In this document: positions 60,535 through 64,000 of the stretch, piece after piece
Layout of the letters: each line of letters begins with the position of its first letter
Position numbering within the stretch: the stretch's first letter is position 1
Assembly (NCBI GenBank): GCA_024679065.1
Contig: JAGIQG010000002.1
Coordinates: 92,814,001 to 92,878,000 of the forward strand
DNA length: 64,000 nucleotides
Direction: 5' to 3'
Origin: Sphyrna mokarran
Lineage: Eukaryota
The notes under the pieces: generated by a model
Told to the model about the DNA's origin: nothing
Databases searched by the model: none
The model's input: only the letters and a program-made list of their open reading frames with translations
Made by a program: the position numbers and the translations under genes

Positions 60535-60800
60535 TTAAAAATTAGGAGTCTCCCATTTAAGACTGAAATGAGGTGAACTTTGTTATCTTGTTGGTGTGTA
60601 TGCTTCTCTTCCCGCAGAGACCAATGAAGTCTAGGTCATTGAATATATTCAAGATCAAGTTAGAACGAGGGAATCAAGGTTAAAGGTACCAGGCAGGAAA
60701 GTGTAGTTGAGGTCACAATCATATGTGTCCTGATAATAAATAGCAGAGTAAACCTAATGGGCCAAATGGTCTACTCTTGCTCCTCATTCTTCTATACTTC
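60535..60800 (+). mobile_element. CR1 LINE 3' end
   Basis: CCCATTTAAGACTGAAATGAGG..GTCATTGAATATATTCAAG..GGGCCAAATGGTCTACTCTTGCTCCT. Confidence 0.82.
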
Positions 60801-61179
60801 TTTTCATGTATTTTACATTTTCTCAACAGAACTAGCTCCACAAAAACCAATGTATGCCACGGTTTCAGCATGATTCATATTGAATCTGAGTTCTCCCTGC
60901 TGGAGAGAGTAAGATAGCATTCTTTAACGTGGTTCACTTGCTAAGGGTGCAACAAATGCACTAATGAGTTCATTGGTTAACTGTGACACTAAGAATAGGG
61001 AGGCCTTATATCTTGTAGCAGGTCACTGATAATCTAAAGCGTGTTTGCAGCTTCAGATGTTCCGATGCAGATGAAACTGTAGATTTTGATTGCTAGTTTC
61101 AGAAGCATTTGAAGGTAACCTTGAAATTGTTTGGATTTACCTGGGATCCCAATTTGTGAACTGGAAGTCAGAAATAGGA

Positions 61180-61482
61180 TGGATACATAACTTTCAAATG
61201 GCAAAATTCAATAATGTATAGGAACAATTGAAACAAGTAAATTGAATTTCATAGAAAGTGAGTGGAACTCATTTAAAGGTATATTGTTGAGCACGCTGAG
61301 TAAATGTATTTTCAAACCAAGTTCGATCAAAAGGTAATTGGATTGCTCTCTGAAAAGAAAAAGTGTACACGGTTACAGGCATAAAACATGGGTACGGGAC
61401 TAGGTGGAATGCATTTTTACAGAGCCAGTGAAGACGAGATGGGCCAAATGGCCTCCTTTTGCATTGTAAAGATTCTGGGATT
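61180..61482 (+). mobile_element. Old CR1 ORF2 linker fragment followed by a younger CR1/HER1 tail (61329-61482)
   Basis: HNFQMAKF..EQLKQVN*..EWNSFK resembles the CR1 EN-RT linker; tail GATGGGCCAAATGGCCTCCTTTTGCATTGTAAAGATTC. Confidence 0.65.
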
Positions 61483-61957
61483 AAACAAGCAGGATTTTAA
61501 ATAGATTACAAAGTTAAGGTGAGATGAAGAGGGCAAACAGCATGTACAAATCCTACAGGAAAGGTTCTCAGCAATAACTACAAAGATGACAGAAATCCAC
61601 TAAACACTTGATCAGCCTTACTGCATTGTCCATGTGTTGGATTCTCTTGGTTCATTCAACAGGCTGATGATAACATGCAATTAACTCATCCAAAGAAAAC
61701 TTTATTACTGCAGAATCAGCTAATCATGGAAATGATAGTCATTGTGCAAAAAGTCAAAAATTAAAAGAAAAACATCAGAAGTTTCAAACTCAAAGACATT
61801 CAACTGAACTTTTCTAGATGTAGAGAAGCAACTTGTTAAAAGTCAGCTTGGATGAAATCTATAACACAACTGGCTACTTTGCACTGGAGTAAATCACGAA
61901 GCTGAAATTGGGAGGACCATCATATGACAGTTCAGAAAACTTGACCATTGCTTTAGG

Positions 61958-62291
61958 GTTGGCACGATGGCACAGTGATTAGCACTGCTGTCTCACAGCT
62001 CCGGGGTCCTGAGTTCAATTCCTGCCTTGGGTCACTGTTTGTGTGCAGTCTGCATGTTCTCCCTATGACTGCATGAGTTTCCTCTCGGTGCTCCAGTTTC
62101 CATCCACAGTACAAAGATATGTGGATTAGGTTGATTGGCCAAGCTAAATTGATACTAAGTGTTCTGGGATGCATAGGTTAGTAGGATAAATATGTGGGGT
62201 GATAGGGATAGGGCCTGGATGGGATTGTTATTGGTGCAGACTTGATGGGCCAAATTAACTCCTTCTGCACTATAGCATTTCTATGATTTCT
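61958..62291 (+). mobile_element. HE1-type V-SINE, full length
   Basis: GGCACGATGGCACAGTGATTAGCACTGCTG..GATGGGCCAAATTAACTCCTTCTGCACT..CTATGATT. Confidence 0.94.
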
Positions 62292-62580
62292 GGAGGCTAC
62301 TGATCGGAAAAACAACATTAACATGGAAACAATTGAATAAAGATGTGCTGCTGGTGCAATATTGAAATAGCCAACACATATTCATCCACTAGAATACTTT
62401 TTCTAATGCCAAAGTGAATCAGGGCTCCTTCCCTCCTGAAACAACTGAGCACCTCCCATCACCCTCTCCCCATCCTCCCTTCCACCACTTTAATACTAAC
62501 TGCCTTTCTCCAGCCCCACCCAATTTCCTGCGACTAGTGGGTGGCTAAGATCCACCTAATCACTCCCTAGTGGTAATCAA

Positions 62581-62727
62581 GTAGAGAAAGCAAAATTAAC
62601 GTTGGGAACTTTTGGCTCTTGGTCAGAATAGTTTCTCTCCTTACAAATGCAGATAGACCTTCTCAGTTTTTCCAGCATCCTGTGTTCTTGTTTCAGATTC
62701 CAGCGTCCCTAGTAGTTTGTTTATGTT
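62581..62727 (+). mobile_element. Penelope-like terminal repeat remnant
   Basis: GTTTCTCTCCTTACAAATGC..AGACCTTCTCAGTTTTTCCAGCATCC..TTTCAGATTCCAGC, preceded by an inverted piece AGAGAAAGCAAAATTAACGTT. Confidence 0.6.
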
Positions 62728-62840
62728 GTTATATTGTGTTTATCATTATTAGGATAGGCAATAATATTCCATTTCGGAAAATTCAGTTCTCAGCTCAGCA
62801 ACTGCTATCTACAACATAAGAATACCAGTCAATATTATTT

Positions 62841-63128
62841 TGGTAGCGCAGCGGTTAGCACTGCTGCGTCAAAAACCAGGGACCTGGCTTCGATTCCAGC
62901 GTCAGGTAACTGTATGGAGCTCGCATGTTCTCCTCATGTCTGTGTGGGTTTCTTCCAGGTGCTTTGGGTTCCTCCCACAGTTCAAAGATGTGCAGGTTAG
63001 TTCGATTGGCCATGATAAATTGCCTCTTAGTGTCGGGGGATTAGCAGCAATAGGGACTGGGTGGGATTGCTGCAGGTGCAGGCTTGGTGGGACAAATGAT
63101 CTCCTGCACTATAGAGATTCTATGATTT
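62841..63128 (+). mobile_element. HE1-type V-SINE
   Basis: GCGCAGCGGTTAGCACTGCTG..CCCACAGTTCAAAGATGTGCAGGTTAG..GAGATTCTATGATT. Confidence 0.92.
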
Positions 63129-63269
63129 TAACTCCAAACACATGCAATCTCCTCGAACAATGGGATTTGAACCATTCAGGTAATTTCCATTCTGGCAGGG
63201 AAATATATATCAGTACGGCCATTATTCATCATTAGATGAATGATGAATCTAATGTGGCTAGATTAGATT

Positions 63270-63530
63270 CACAGTGGCTAGCACGGCTGCCTTACAATGC
63301 CAGGGACCCGGATTTGATTCCTGACTTGGGTCATTGTTTGTGTGGAGTTTGCACATTCTCCCTGTGTCTGATTGGGTTTCCTCCAGGTGCTTCAGTTTCC
63401 TCTCATAGTCAGCCAGATTAGCCGGGTATATGTATGGGTTTACGGGAATAGGCCTGGATGGGATTGTGGTCTGTGCAGACTCAATGGGCCAAATGGCCTC
63501 CTTCAGCACTGTAGAAATTCTACGATTATG
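63270..63530 (+). mobile_element. HE1-type V-SINE, internally deleted
   Basis: Head and tail GGGCCAAATGGCCTCCTTCAGCACTGTAG are present; about 50 bp of the V core is missing near 63412. Confidence 0.92.
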
Positions 63531-63633
63531 TTTTACCTGATTTTCTGTTCCAGTGAATTTAATTGAATGGAAAATTGCCTGATCTGAATTTGAAAATGTT
63601 CCCATATTCTACATCTCATCAATGTGTAATGTA

Positions 63634-63926
63634 GGTGGCATGGTGGCACAGTGGTTGTTACTGCTTCTTCACACTGGCAGAGACCCAGGTTCAAATCCAC
63701 CTTTGGGTGGTTGGCATCTGCACACTCTCGCTGTGTCCGTGTGGGTTTCCTCTAGGTGTTCCAGTTTCCTCTCACACTCCAAAGATGTGTGGGTCAGGTT
63801 GATTGGCCTGCTAGATTCACCCTTAGTGTCAGGGAATTAGTAGTCCAAATACATGGGGCTCCGGGGATGGGGCCCTGGGTGGGATCGTTATAGTGCAGAC
63901 TCGATGACCACCAAATGGCCACTTCC
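63634..63926 (+). mobile_element. HE1-type V-SINE
   Basis: GGTGGCATGGTGGCACAGTGGTT..GGTTCAAATCC..CCAAAGATGTG..GTGCAGACTCGATG. Confidence 0.92.
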
Positions 63927-64000
63927 TCATTAAATTGTTTTCAATAGAAATTACCTGATACAACATTTTGCCTATTGGTTGTGGGAAATACTTCCATATT

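Noticed and set aside
1-64000. Prokaryotic operon, defence system or CRISPR array
   Set aside because: No long ORFs, no gene-dense organisation and no repeat-spacer array; the content is vertebrate SINE, LINE and LTR debris.

Overview
Eukaryotic, not prokaryotic, DNA: an AT-rich, repeat-dense intronic or intergenic region of a cartilaginous-fish genome. It is most likely a galeomorph shark, judged from many HE1-type V-SINEs with the CR1/HER1-like tail GGCCTCCTTCTGCACTGTAGGGATTCTATGA. I recognise no intact protein-coding gene, rRNA, true tRNA or CRISPR array. The window is a layered collection of decayed mobile elements: two CR1-group LINE families, a Rex1/Babar LINE end, L2 scraps, four SINE types, solo LTRs, Penelope-like terminal repeats with hammerhead-ribozyme relics, and Harbinger transposase, Myb and MITE relics. 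Several repeat-free islands may be conserved non-coding elements. The most notable observations are (1) two related solo LTRs, each with a 4-bp TSD, inserted within about 1 nt of the same homologous codon in two separate CR1 copies; (2) a V-SINE subfamily whose CR1 tail appears replaced by a Rex1-like tail; and (3) a ~130-bp near-perfect hairpin insertion with a 14-bp TSD. Family names come from recalled consensus motifs, not database searches, and boundaries of old elements are approximate.
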